Virus record (IMG/VR): IMGVR_UViG_3300017917_004503
Span: 1-64,000 of that record
Strand: one strand, 5' to 3'
DNA from: a virus
DNA length: 64,000 nt
Positions within the stretch are counted from its first letter, which is position 1, and each line of letters begins with the position of its first letter. Positions 27,614 to 36,813 of this stretch are shown one piece after another. Under the pieces are notes generated by a model. It searched no databases. It was given only the letters and a program-made list of their open reading frames with translations, and had not been told where the DNA came from. Both the position numbers and the translations under genes were made by a program.

Positions 27614-29851
27614 ATGGCAATAAATTTAAGTGATAATATTTTAGCAAAAACCACTGCACCCGCAGATGCTAAATATGGACCTTACTCTGGGGGTAGTACT
27701 GCTGCTGCAATAAATGCAGCGACCGGTTATCTTATCTCATCATATAGATACGAAGGTCTGACTATAGGTTTACAAGTAGGTGCTAACCCGATTGTAGAAT
27801 ATTGGTTTTACGGAGGAATTTTAGATGCAAATTTAACTCAAAAGGTTGTTTCTGGCTCGAATGGTACCTCTGGTTCTTCAGGATCTAGCGGAACATCGGG
27901 TTCTTCAGGATCTAGTGGTACCTCTGGTTCTTCAGGTTCTAGTGGAACATCAGGTTCTTCAGGATCTAGCGGAACATCAGGATCCTCTGGTTTGGGTGGA
28001 TCCTCAGGAACTTCTGGACTTGCCGGTATATCTGGTGTTAATGGATCCGATGGAACATCAGGTTCTTCAGGATCTAGCGGGACTTCAGGTTCTTCAGGGT
28101 CTAGTGGGACTTCAGGTTCTTCAGGATCTAGTGGGACTTCAGGTTCTTCAGGATCTAGTGGGACTTCAGGTTCTTCAGGATCTAGTGGGACTTCAGGTTC
28201 TTCGGGATCTAGCGGAACATCAGGATCTAATGGTTCTTCAGGATCTAGCGGAACATCTGGTTCTAATGGTTCTTCAGGATCTAGCGGAACATCAGGTTCT
28301 TCCGGGTCTAGTGGATCTAGTGGATCGGCTGGAACAGCTGGAGCCCCTGGAGTAGATGGCGCATCTGGAACATCTGGAACAGCGGGTTCAAGCGGTTCCA
28401 CCGGTACATCTGGATCTAGTGGTTCTTCTGGTACATCTGGATCTAGTGGTTCTTCTGGTACATCTGGATCTAGTGGTTCTTCTGGAACTAGAGGATCTTC
28501 AGGCTCTTCTGGAACTAGTGGTTCTAGTGGATCCAGTGGTTCTAGTGGTTCTAGTGGAACATCGCCAACGGTATCTGGATCTAATAATCAGATATTAACA
28601 TCTGATGGTTCAGGTGGAATTGTTTCTGAAACTAATTTAGAGTTTGATGGAAATAAACTATCGGTATTATATCAATCTGGTGATGAAGGTGGTGAAATAT
28701 TTTTAAATAAAGCAGTTACAAATACAACATTAAATGGTGGTATAACAATAGATTCATATCAAAATAAATTAAGATTTTTCGAACAAGGAGGCACTGCAAG
28801 AGGAGCTTATATAGATCTAACAGCATGTGCTGCTGGAGTTGGAACCGATTTATTAAGCGGTGGTGGTGGAGGCGGATCTAATGGATCTTCCGGATCAAGC
28901 GGATCGTCTGGCACTTCCGGATCAAGCGGATCGTCTGGCACTTCCGGATCAAGTGGATCTTCTGGAACCAGAGGTTCATCAGGTTCATCAGGTTCATCAG
29001 GTTCATCAGGAACCAGTGGATTGACTTGTACCTCTTATACAGTAACAGAAACCGCTAACTCCGGTGCAAGTTTCGATTATGAACCCTGTGGATCTCCCGG
29101 AACGGTTATTGGTTATATTCTAACTGCTTTGCAATCTGTTACTTTGTGTGCGGTTAACGGAACAGTAGTTCAGACTAGCGGAACTATATCAATTACAGAT
29201 AACGGTTTATGTTCTGGATCCTCGGGATCATCTGGCTCTTCTGGATCCTCGGGATCATCTGGCTCTTCGGGGACCTCAGGATCATCTGGATCTTCTGGTA
29301 CCAGAGGATCATCAGGATCATCAGGTACATCTGGTCAGGCAGGCGCAAGCGGAACTGTTAATACTATATCTAAATTTACATCATCTACAACAGTAGGTAA
29401 TTCTAACGCCACTGACGATGGCACTACATTCGAGATATCTACATCTAATTTGAAAGTTACATCTAGCGTAGCTGTAGGATCTATTACAGCTTCGGGTGTT
29501 TCTGGTCGAATTGATGCTTCGAATGACGTCGTTGCTTTTTCTACATCTGATATTAGATTTAAAGAAAATATTAAACCGATAGAAAATGCTCTAGATAAAA
29601 TTCAAAAAATTGGAGGATACACTTTCGATTGGAAAGACGATCAAAACCTTAAGGTACTCCATGGATTTTCTGGACCTGATGTTGGTGTAATAGCTCAAGA
29701 GATTGAATCGATATTACCAGAAACTGTAAAAACTAAACCTAATGGATTTAAAGGTGTAAAATACGAAAAAATCGTACCTTTATTAATTCAAGCAATAAAA
29801 GAACTTTCTCAAGAAGTTGAAGATTTGAAAAAAATCAAAAATATACAATAA
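27614..29851 (+). CDS. Trimeric fibre with (GSS/GTS)n blocks and C-terminal peptidase S74 intramolecular chaperone
   Basis: SDIRFKENIKPIENALDKI, GVIAQEIE..LPE.V, VKYEKIVPLLIQAIKEL. Confidence 0.85.
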   Translation: MAINLSDNILAKTTAPADAKYGPYSGGSTAAAINAATGYLISSYRYEGLTIGLQVGANPIVEYWFYGGILDANLTQKVVSGSNGTSGSSGSSGTSGSSGSSGTSGSSGSSGTSGSSGSSGTSGSSGLGGSSGTSGLAGISGVNGSDGTSGSSGSSGTSGSSGSSGTSGSSGSSGTSGSSGSSGTSGSSGSSGTSGSSGSSGTSGSNGSSGSSGTSGSNGSSGSSGTSGSSGSSGSSGSAGTAGAPGVDGASGTSGTAGSSGSTGTSGSSGSSGTSGSSGSSGTSGSSGSSGTRGSSGSSGTSGSSGSSGSSGSSGTSPTVSGSNNQILTSDGSGGIVSETNLEFDGNKLSVLYQSGDEGGEIFLNKAVTNTTLNGGITIDSYQNKLRFFEQGGTARGAYIDLTACAAGVGTDLLSGGGGGGSNGSSGSSGSSGTSGSSGSSGTSGSSGSSGTRGSSGSSGSSGSSGTSGLTCTSYTVTETANSGASFDYEPCGSPGTVIGYILTALQSVTLCAVNGTVVQTSGTISITDNGLCSGSSGSSGSSGSSGSSGSSGTSGSSGSSGTRGSSGSSGTSGQAGASGTVNTISKFTSSTTVGNSNATDDGTTFEISTSNLKVTSSVAVGSITASGVSGRIDASNDVVAFSTSDIRFKENIKPIENALDKIQKIGGYTFDWKDDQNLKVLHGFSGPDVGVIAQEIESILPETVKTKPNGFKGVKYEKIVPLLIQAIKELSQEVEDLKKIKNIQ
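27853..28563 (+). repeat. Coding tandem repeat (GSS/GTS), includes near-perfect 27-bp units
   Basis: GGTTCTTCAGGATCTAGTGGGACTTCA units from 28061 to about 28200. Confidence 0.92.
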
Positions 29852-29853
29852 TT

Positions 29854-30987
29854 ATGGCAGATCCAGTTGCATATAAATATCAAGTTTCTTCGGGACAAAA
29901 TCTAATTACTACCTATTGGAGTTCAGTCTTTATAGGACTAACTGGTCCTTCTGTTCAGAATTTTTCAGAACCATATATAGATGGCAAGTTGAATTTTAGA
30001 AATGGAATTCAGGCAACAGGTGGTTTTAATTATGTTCTTTATTCTGATGAATATAATCAAGGTTTAGGTATCGAAGAAGCTGATTCGTTAGCAGTTGGCT
30101 GGACTTGTTCATCGGATCAGGGAAGTCTTTTATCACTAATCAATAAAATACCGGAAAGATTTAGACAGGCCGAATTTGGATCATATCAGGAAGCTATAGA
30201 ATGGCTAATCTCTCAAAATAAATATTTTTTGGTTAATAAAAGTTACCCGTCTATTGCTTATAACAACAAGACGATGGTTGCTGCATACGATCCAACATAT
30301 CTTGGATGCTATCCTGATGTTGGTAATTTTTTTTATGATTTATCTGGTATATCAACATCACCAGCACAACTTGAAAATGGCGCTGAAATATCGGGATTGT
30401 CTTATTTTAATTTTGATGAGGGTCTTAGTCAATATGCAAATATTCCTAGTGGGGTTTTATCCACATTAGTATCAACGAATAATTTCGAGTGTAGTATTTC
30501 TATTTGGTTTAAATCTGGAAGTATTCCTTCAGGTGGTTCTAATTATACGATATTTCAGCTATCCGCAAGTTCAGGATCTCCTAACCCTGACTGGTTTAGA
30601 CTTTTTATTAATGATGCAGGTGAACTTTATTCTACGTATACTATAAATCAAAAGGATAATTTTACAGATGATATATTAAATGTTACAGTAGGAGCTTGGT
30701 ATCATTTTGTTGTAACTATAAGTCTTAATAAAACTAGTGGTAAAACCGGCGTTACCTATTATATAAATGGCAGCTTTCTCTCTGGATCAGTTCATAATTT
30801 AGTTACTCCTCCTTTTACTTTCGATGGAGTTGAAGATTATAATCATCTTTTTGCAGCAGCCTCATCATCGGGTGCTATAGACAGCAGTAGTTATTTAAGA
30901 GGAAGTATCGGCTCTTTTTACATTTACTCAGGAATATTAGATTCTTCAGAAGTTTCAAAGTTGTATTATGAAACCAATTTTTATTAG
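29854..30987 (+). CDS. LamG/concanavalin A-like lectin domain virion protein
   Basis: YPDVG..FYDLSG, FNFD, SISIWFK, WYHFVVT, YYING, GSIGSFYIYSGIL...EV..LY. Confidence 0.75.
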   Translation: MADPVAYKYQVSSGQNLITTYWSSVFIGLTGPSVQNFSEPYIDGKLNFRNGIQATGGFNYVLYSDEYNQGLGIEEADSLAVGWTCSSDQGSLLSLINKIPERFRQAEFGSYQEAIEWLISQNKYFLVNKSYPSIAYNNKTMVAAYDPTYLGCYPDVGNFFYDLSGISTSPAQLENGAEISGLSYFNFDEGLSQYANIPSGVLSTLVSTNNFECSISIWFKSGSIPSGGSNYTIFQLSASSGSPNPDWFRLFINDAGELYSTYTINQKDNFTDDILNVTVGAWYHFVVTISLNKTSGKTGVTYYINGSFLSGSVHNLVTPPFTFDGVEDYNHLFAAASSSGAIDSSSYLRGSIGSFYIYSGILDSSEVSKLYYETNFY

Positions 30988-31015
30988 AAACACATTCCAC
31001 CTTATCTACTATAAT
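30987..31015 (+). promoter_or_regulatory. Middle-type promoter for the GT4/Aah-like operon
   Basis: GAAAC-N18-TATAAT. Confidence 0.7.
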
Positions 31016-31062
31016 GTATAATTCACTGTATTTTAATCGGTGAAATTTTTAATATTATAATT

Positions 31063-31335
31063 ATGGCAGAACAAATTAAATTACCAGAAGATCTTATTCT
31101 AGAGATCCAAAAACTAAGAGATGAGCTAACCCAAAATGTTGTTAGAATTGGAAGGCTTAATGTTCAGGCTTCTTTCTATAAAAAGGATCTACAGATTATA
31201 GAGAAAGATCTCGAATTACATTACGAAACCGCTGAAAGAATTTCAATTGATGAAGAAAGACTCCAAGCTAAGGTCATCGAAAAATATGGAACTGGAAAAT
31301 TAGATTTCGAAACTGGAATTTTCTATAAAGATTAA
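31063..31335 (+). CDS. Small coiled-coil protein
   Basis: Heptad pattern, C-terminal EKYGTGKLDFETGIF; first gene after middle promoter 30987. Confidence 0.6.
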   Translation: MAEQIKLPEDLILEIQKLRDELTQNVVRIGRLNVQASFYKKDLQIIEKDLELHYETAERISIDEERLQAKVIEKYGTGKLDFETGIFYKD

Positions 31336-31336
31336 T

Positions 31337-32344
31337 TTGAGTACATCGGACAAAATAAAAATTGTTTATGTAACACCCCATCTTTCTACCGGGGGGTTGC
31401 CGCAGTATCTCACGAAGAAAATAGAACTTTTTTCTAAAAGCTCTGACGTTTACTGTGTAGAATATAGCTTTTTAGGATCTGATTTCGTGGTTCAAAGAAA
31501 TAGAATAATAGAAATTCTTGGCGAAAGATTTTTTTCTTTAGATAACGATAAATCTCGTCTAGTTGAGATAATATCAAAGTTAGATCCACATGTAGTACAC
31601 TTTGAGGAATTACCTGAAACTTTTGTAGATTTAAATATTCTCAAAAAAATCTATCATCCTGACAGAAAATATTTCATCTGCGAAACCTGTCACAGCTCGA
31701 CATATGAGCCTTCGATTAAGACGTTCAAACCTGATAAATTCATCATGGTTAACAGGTGGATAGAAGAAAAATTCAAAATACTAGATATACCTTCTGAAAT
31801 ATTGGAATATCCAATAGAACATAAAAAGATAGATAAAAGGGCAAGTTTAGAAAAGATCGGGCTCAACCCGGAGATAAAGCACGTTGTTAATATTGGCTTA
31901 TTTACACCTGGTAAAAATCAAGGTGAACTGTTTGAATATGCTAGATCACTAGAGAAACTTCCAATAGAATTTCACTTTGTTGGTAACCAAGCTCCTAACT
32001 TTGAATCTTATTGGTCCGAATTGATGAAAGAAATTCCTACTAACTGTAGGATTTGGGGAGAAAGAAGCGATGTAGAATTATTTTATCAGGCAGCAGATCT
32101 ATTTGTTTTCACCTCTAAACTCGAATTAAATCCACTGGTAATAAAGGAATCACTATCGTTTAAATTGCCATGTATGATTTACGATCTTCACACTTACAAG
32201 GATGAGTATAAAAATAATCCACTCGTTTCTTTTTTAACACCCGATATGGAAAAAAATACCTTTAAAATTCTAGAAATTTTAGGGTTCGTGAAAAAAATTA
32301 AGAAGAATTATGATAATCCACGAATCGTCAATTTCAATTTATAA
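31337..32344 (+). CDS. GT4-family (GT-B) glycosyltransferase
   Basis: PHLSTGGLPQY, NIGLFTPGKNQ, FYQAADLFVFTSKLELNPLVIKES. Confidence 0.85.
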   Translation: MSTSDKIKIVYVTPHLSTGGLPQYLTKKIELFSKSSDVYCVEYSFLGSDFVVQRNRIIEILGERFFSLDNDKSRLVEIISKLDPHVVHFEELPETFVDLNILKKIYHPDRKYFICETCHSSTYEPSIKTFKPDKFIMVNRWIEEKFKILDIPSEILEYPIEHKKIDKRASLEKIGLNPEIKHVVNIGLFTPGKNQGELFEYARSLEKLPIEFHFVGNQAPNFESYWSELMKEIPTNCRIWGERSDVELFYQAADLFVFTSKLELNPLVIKESLSFKLPCMIYDLHTYKDEYKNNPLVSFLTPDMEKNTFKILEILGFVKKIKKNYDNPRIVNFNL

Positions 32345-33488
32345 TGACATTGAAAAGTCTGATAATCACATTTTCAGTAATAAAATAAAAATCAAAATTT
32401 GTTTTGATTATCTACCAAAAGTAACTATTGAATTTGGTGACTTTATGAGAGAACCTTATAAGGTCTATATGATCGAAAAATCTGGTCGAATTTTACACAC
32501 TGATCAAATTTCAACCGGAATTTATACTTTAGCATTTAGAAGATGGATTGAAGACCTTGATATTTTAGTTTATGATAATAAAGATGCGTTAGTAAAAAAA
32601 TTTAACCTCTTTGATAAAATAAAATCAGGAAAGGTTTTAATTGCGATTGAAAGTTCTTCATTAGGTGACACCTTAGCTTGGATCCCCTATGTCAATCAAT
32701 TTATTGAGACTCATAATTGTTCTAATGCAACTGTTACTACTTTTTGGAATGATCTTTTTGAAGATCAGTATCCTGGATTTAATTTAAAATATCCAGGATA
32801 CAGAGAAAATGACATTGATGTTCTTATCGGTGTTGGCTGGTATGATGAAGCAGATCCAAATAAGCATAAGATAGATCCTAGAACAGTCCCGCTTCAAAAG
32901 GTTGCTTCTGATATTTTAGGTGTTGAATATTTGGGTGAAATCAAGCCTAGAATAAAATCAACAGGTAAAAGACCCACAGAGAAAACTAAAAATGTTTGTA
33001 TAGCTACCGAATCAACTGCTGCAGCTAAGCATTGGAATAATCCGAATGGATGGCAGGAGCTAATTAATCTTTTGACCCAATCCGGGTATGTTGTTAATGT
33101 GATACAAAAACAACCAACTCATCTATTGGATGTTGTTGATAAAACTGGTGATATTGACATAAGCGAAAGAATAAATGATTTGATTAATTGTGATTTTTTC
33201 ATTGGAATCGGATCTGGACTTTCTTGGTTAGCATGGAGTTTAGATGTTCCTGTTGTTTTAATCTCTGGTTTTAGTAAACCTTTTTGTGAGTTTAGCGATA
33301 AAACTCTCAGAATCATAGATGAGTCTGTGTGCAATGGCTGTTTCAACAATCCCCAGTATTTTTTCGACCGTGGAGATTGGATGTGGTGTCCCGTACATAA
33401 AGATACTGATAGACACTTTGAGTGTACCAAGGTAATCACTCCTTATCAGGTGTTTCGCCAAATAAATTTCTGGAAAAATACTTTATAA
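32310..33488 (+). CDS. Aah/TibC-family (autotransporter O-heptosyltransferase-like) protein glycosyltransferase
   Basis: SLGDTLAW, ST..AKHWNNPNGW, FFIGIGSGLSWLAW...PVVLISGF, and the 4-Cys metal motif CNGC..FD..DW.WCP.HK.T.RHFECT. Confidence 0.85.
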   Translation: MIIHESSISIYNDIEKSDNHIFSNKIKIKICFDYLPKVTIEFGDFMREPYKVYMIEKSGRILHTDQISTGIYTLAFRRWIEDLDILVYDNKDALVKKFNLFDKIKSGKVLIAIESSSLGDTLAWIPYVNQFIETHNCSNATVTTFWNDLFEDQYPGFNLKYPGYRENDIDVLIGVGWYDEADPNKHKIDPRTVPLQKVASDILGVEYLGEIKPRIKSTGKRPTEKTKNVCIATESTAAAKHWNNPNGWQELINLLTQSGYVVNVIQKQPTHLLDVVDKTGDIDISERINDLINCDFFIGIGSGLSWLAWSLDVPVVLISGFSKPFCEFSDKTLRIIDESVCNGCFNNPQYFFDRGDWMWCPVHKDTDRHFECTKVITPYQVFRQINFWKNTL

Positions 33489-33508
33489 GACCTGATAAAT
33501 CGTTCAGG

Positions 33509-33520
33509 GATATATAAATA
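33509..33520 (+). promoter_or_regulatory. Late promoter motif
   Basis: GATATATA overlapping T4-type TATAAATA, before neck gene. Confidence 0.7.
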
Positions 33521-33533
33521 AAAGAAAACACTG

Positions 33534-36023
33534 ATGAGTTTTTACCCTGAAGATAAATTTCCTAAAGAAGGTAATCCTGTTTATAACGGGAATGGTGAGC
33601 AGTACAACTTGACTGATCAAAGATATGAATACCACGATGGACTGCAGAACACTGAAAAGATAAAAGAATCATCGGTTGATAATCTGTTTTCGACCATCGA
33701 TGCCGCTAAGGCTAGATCTCTTCAGATAGGTTGCGGTGGATATCACACTGTAGTTATAAAGGGAGTTACCTATTATAAACCATGTGAAACCCCCGAATAT
33801 TACGCTATAAGATTAGAACAGTTAGAAAGCGCTCTGAATTTCACATATATTGGAAATTATAGAGTTCTGAGCTGGGATTCTCCATTTGAGTATGTTACTA
33901 AATTTAATGGCTGGATAATAGATACAGGATCTAGTTTAGATTATGGATCTATTACAGATGCAAATGATATTGCAATTGATTTTAGATACAGCATTGACGG
34001 AATCACTTGGTCTTTGTGGACAAATGTTGGTACTGCTAAGGGTGGATTGACTAATGAATTTTCGGAGCTTTTTGAAATATCACTAGATCCAGAGAATAAA
34101 TTTTATCCAGAGTTTAGATTTACCTCGGTTCTTGTAAATAATGATGGAACTATAATATATCAAACTGATGAACCAATAGATCCTAATGTAACTATATTAA
34201 ATTTTGATCTAGATCTCGAGTATGCACCAACCCCCGAAAAGATTATAAAAAAACCAGTTGCTATTTGCTCTAATGAGGTTTCAAATAGACCAGTTATATT
34301 TTCAGATTGTAATTTTACTTTTAATCCATATGCTGTAAATAGAGCACTAAATTTATATCAAGATCTGAGTAAAATGGTTAACAGGGTTTTTGGATTGGAT
34401 GTAAATTATTATTCAATACAGCCTCAAGCAAGGGGCAAAGATGTAATACTCAAAGAGTATACATTATTCAATGTAGTTTCTGAAAAGTGTATTAAGGTAA
34501 TGGTACCACAGAACCAATTTCCTGATAATAAAATAAACTTTGATCCCTTTGGACTTAATTTCGATTCTCCGTTCGAAGTTCAGATTGATAAGAGATACTT
34601 TGAAACTATTTTCGGTAGGGGATCACAGCCTAGAAAACGTGATATTATTTACTTTCCACTCACTAACAGAATTTATGAAATAAACTCGACATATTTATTT
34701 AGAGATTTCATGAACTCTCCTGTTTATTTTAAAATGGAACTCCAAAAATATAATCCTAGAAGTAACACATTCTTTCAGGATCCTGCTTATAAAGAGGAAT
34801 TGGATGGTATTGCTTTAACAACTTCTGAATTGTTTGGCGAAGAAACAAGATCTGAAGAAATCCAAGTTTCTAAACCCCAACAATATGCTACGACAATAAC
34901 TCAAATGTCACAGGATCCTATTAGATCTTATATTTATGAGGATCTTCCGATAATCGAATATGATCTAAATAATAACTGGACCATAGTATTAAATAACTAT
35001 TACGATTTATCTGAAGCGTTCTATGATGTTTCGGAGTTTCAATATGATCCTAGAAGATATAAAACTGGTGTAAAATATAAATCTTTACCAAAGTTAACAT
35101 CGAGTGAGGAATTAGCTTTTACTTGTTGGTTTAGCTTAAGAGATTTTTATGACAATACTAAAATGGTAAAAAGACCATATCCCATCTTAAATGCAACGTT
35201 AGAAAGTTCAGATTCAGATTATCTTTATTTTAGCACATATCCACAAAGACACAGACTGGAAAAATGGGAGTCTTACGCTTCTAATCCTGAAGGCTACGTA
35301 GCAGTAAAAGGTGATAAATTGCATTCTGGCGGATATGAAGTCCTTGATGTTATTGATGAATATAGATTTAAGGTAAAGAATAATTCTACAAATTTCTCTC
35401 AGGGAACTATAGTATGGAAAGTTCAAAAAGCCCAAAGTAGAAATTTAATTAGTGGTTTATATGAAGACTCCGATGGTAATATTAAGGGTATTCGCGTCGA
35501 TCTTATACATTCTGGTGTAATGGACGAAAGCACAAATCCTTTCTTGGGACAAGGTTCTTTAGTGATTCGATTGAATGATACCATTATAAATTCTGGACTC
35601 CAATTTACACCAGAATTTGGAGATTGGTATGGCGTTGTTGTGAATGTTTCAAACATTTATAAACAAATAGCTGCCACTGTATGGGGCTTAACATATGATC
35701 CTGTTGATCCTAATGAGCAATCTAGTAAACTTAAAAAACTCCATGATGAGGTAAGAATGTTTACTGACCCTATTATTTTTGATGCACCTAGTGACAAAAT
35801 CACAGATAAATATAGTCCACTTTACGGAACTGAGCTGAATTCTTATAAAGTTTTCACCGGACCCATTTGGCTAAGTAATATTAGATTGTTCAAAAAAATG
35901 ATTGATGTTGATACTCAATCAACAGTTTTAAATCAAAATGTTGTTAGAGATGCTCAGCTTGCCCATATTATAGATAACGCCAAACCACTTTTAAATATTC
36001 CAAAGTTTGCTAGAAATAGATAA
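33534..36023 (+). CDS. Neck/head-closure protein (T4 gp14-like core) with large N- and C-terminal additions
   Basis: FGLDVNYY, DVILKEY, PFGL...FEVQI...F, PRKRDIIYFPLTNRIYEI; just upstream of terminase. Confidence 0.6.
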   Translation: MSFYPEDKFPKEGNPVYNGNGEQYNLTDQRYEYHDGLQNTEKIKESSVDNLFSTIDAAKARSLQIGCGGYHTVVIKGVTYYKPCETPEYYAIRLEQLESALNFTYIGNYRVLSWDSPFEYVTKFNGWIIDTGSSLDYGSITDANDIAIDFRYSIDGITWSLWTNVGTAKGGLTNEFSELFEISLDPENKFYPEFRFTSVLVNNDGTIIYQTDEPIDPNVTILNFDLDLEYAPTPEKIIKKPVAICSNEVSNRPVIFSDCNFTFNPYAVNRALNLYQDLSKMVNRVFGLDVNYYSIQPQARGKDVILKEYTLFNVVSEKCIKVMVPQNQFPDNKINFDPFGLNFDSPFEVQIDKRYFETIFGRGSQPRKRDIIYFPLTNRIYEINSTYLFRDFMNSPVYFKMELQKYNPRSNTFFQDPAYKEELDGIALTTSELFGEETRSEEIQVSKPQQYATTITQMSQDPIRSYIYEDLPIIEYDLNNNWTIVLNNYYDLSEAFYDVSEFQYDPRRYKTGVKYKSLPKLTSSEELAFTCWFSLRDFYDNTKMVKRPYPILNATLESSDSDYLYFSTYPQRHRLEKWESYASNPEGYVAVKGDKLHSGGYEVLDVIDEYRFKVKNNSTNFSQGTIVWKVQKAQSRNLISGLYEDSDGNIKGIRVDLIHSGVMDESTNPFLGQGSLVIRLNDTIINSGLQFTPEFGDWYGVVVNVSNIYKQIAATVWGLTYDPVDPNEQSSKLKKLHDEVRMFTDPIIFDAPSDKITDKYSPLYGTELNSYKVFTGPIWLSNIRLFKKMIDVDTQSTVLNQNVVRDAQLAHIIDNAKPLLNIPKFARNR

Positions 36024-36026
36024 TTT

Positions 36027-36812
36027 ATGCCAAGAAGAAAACCTAAACCGGAAAAAATAATCCAAGAAAAGATCAAGGAGAATCTAGATTCCATTATTAT
36101 GGAAGAAGCTTTAGATTCTTTGACTGTAGATGTCCAAGATTTACCTAGATTGAAAACCTCAGAATTAATGAATTTCGCTGAGGAAAAACTAACAGCTTTA
36201 ACTGATGCTAGATCTTTATTAGATAAAGTTGCTGAATTTTATGTAGATCCAGGATCACATGGAAACCCAGAAATATTAGAGCTAAAAAAGAAAGTTGATG
36301 CTACAAACATTTCTGCAATGATGTTCCAGATGAAATCTGCACAGCATGCCATCACTAAACTCTTAGAGGAAATAGAGCTGGGTAATATGCACCCTCGACT
36401 TTTTGAAGTCCTAGCTCAACTACAATCACAGATAATGCAAATGCCTAAGGATTATCAACAGTATCTGGAAAAGATGGAAGCAAACTATAAAAAAGTAAAC
36501 ACTGAACTTGAAGAAAAGAAACATCAAGGTGGGGTACTAATGCAACCTTCTCAATCAGAAGACAACTCTTATATAGCTGGAAGTCAGAATCAATCTGGAG
36601 AAGGCATAAAATCGAGAGGAACTAGAGGAATTATGGAAGGAATTCGAAGTATACTCGGAACAGAGGTCGTTGATATTAAACCAATAGAAGTTTCCGAAAA
36701 TGCCGTTGTTAACGCCAAACAAAAAAGAATCCTAGATCAGAGAAACGGAGAAGTTGAACCCGATGATCATAACGATACGAGTTTTTTTGTTGAGGATGAA
36801 ATAATAGAATAA
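36027..36812 (+). CDS. Terminase small subunit (gp16-like)
   Basis: HPRLFEVLAQL motif of T4-like gp16; directly upstream of large terminase. Confidence 0.65.
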   Translation: MPRRKPKPEKIIQEKIKENLDSIIMEEALDSLTVDVQDLPRLKTSELMNFAEEKLTALTDARSLLDKVAEFYVDPGSHGNPEILELKKKVDATNISAMMFQMKSAQHAITKLLEEIELGNMHPRLFEVLAQLQSQIMQMPKDYQQYLEKMEANYKKVNTELEEKKHQGGVLMQPSQSEDNSYIAGSQNQSGEGIKSRGTRGIMEGIRSILGTEVVDIKPIEVSENAVVNAKQKRILDQRNGEVEPDDHNDTSFFVEDEIIE

Positions 36813-36813
36813 T

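Noticed and set aside
28061-28222. 27-bp direct repeats resembling a CRISPR array
   Set aside because: Head-to-tail with no unique spacers, in-frame coding
22196-28598. Antisense and alternate-frame ORFs over the repeats (PDEPLDP..., HQDHQE..., VLQDL...)
   Set aside because: Shadows of GSS/GTS codons that lack stops in other frames; no promoter or start context
32289-32344. Frameshift fusion of GT4 and Aah-like genes at the A7 run
   Set aside because: Downstream ORF has its own ATG at 32310; simple overlap explains it, though fusion in relatives is worth checking
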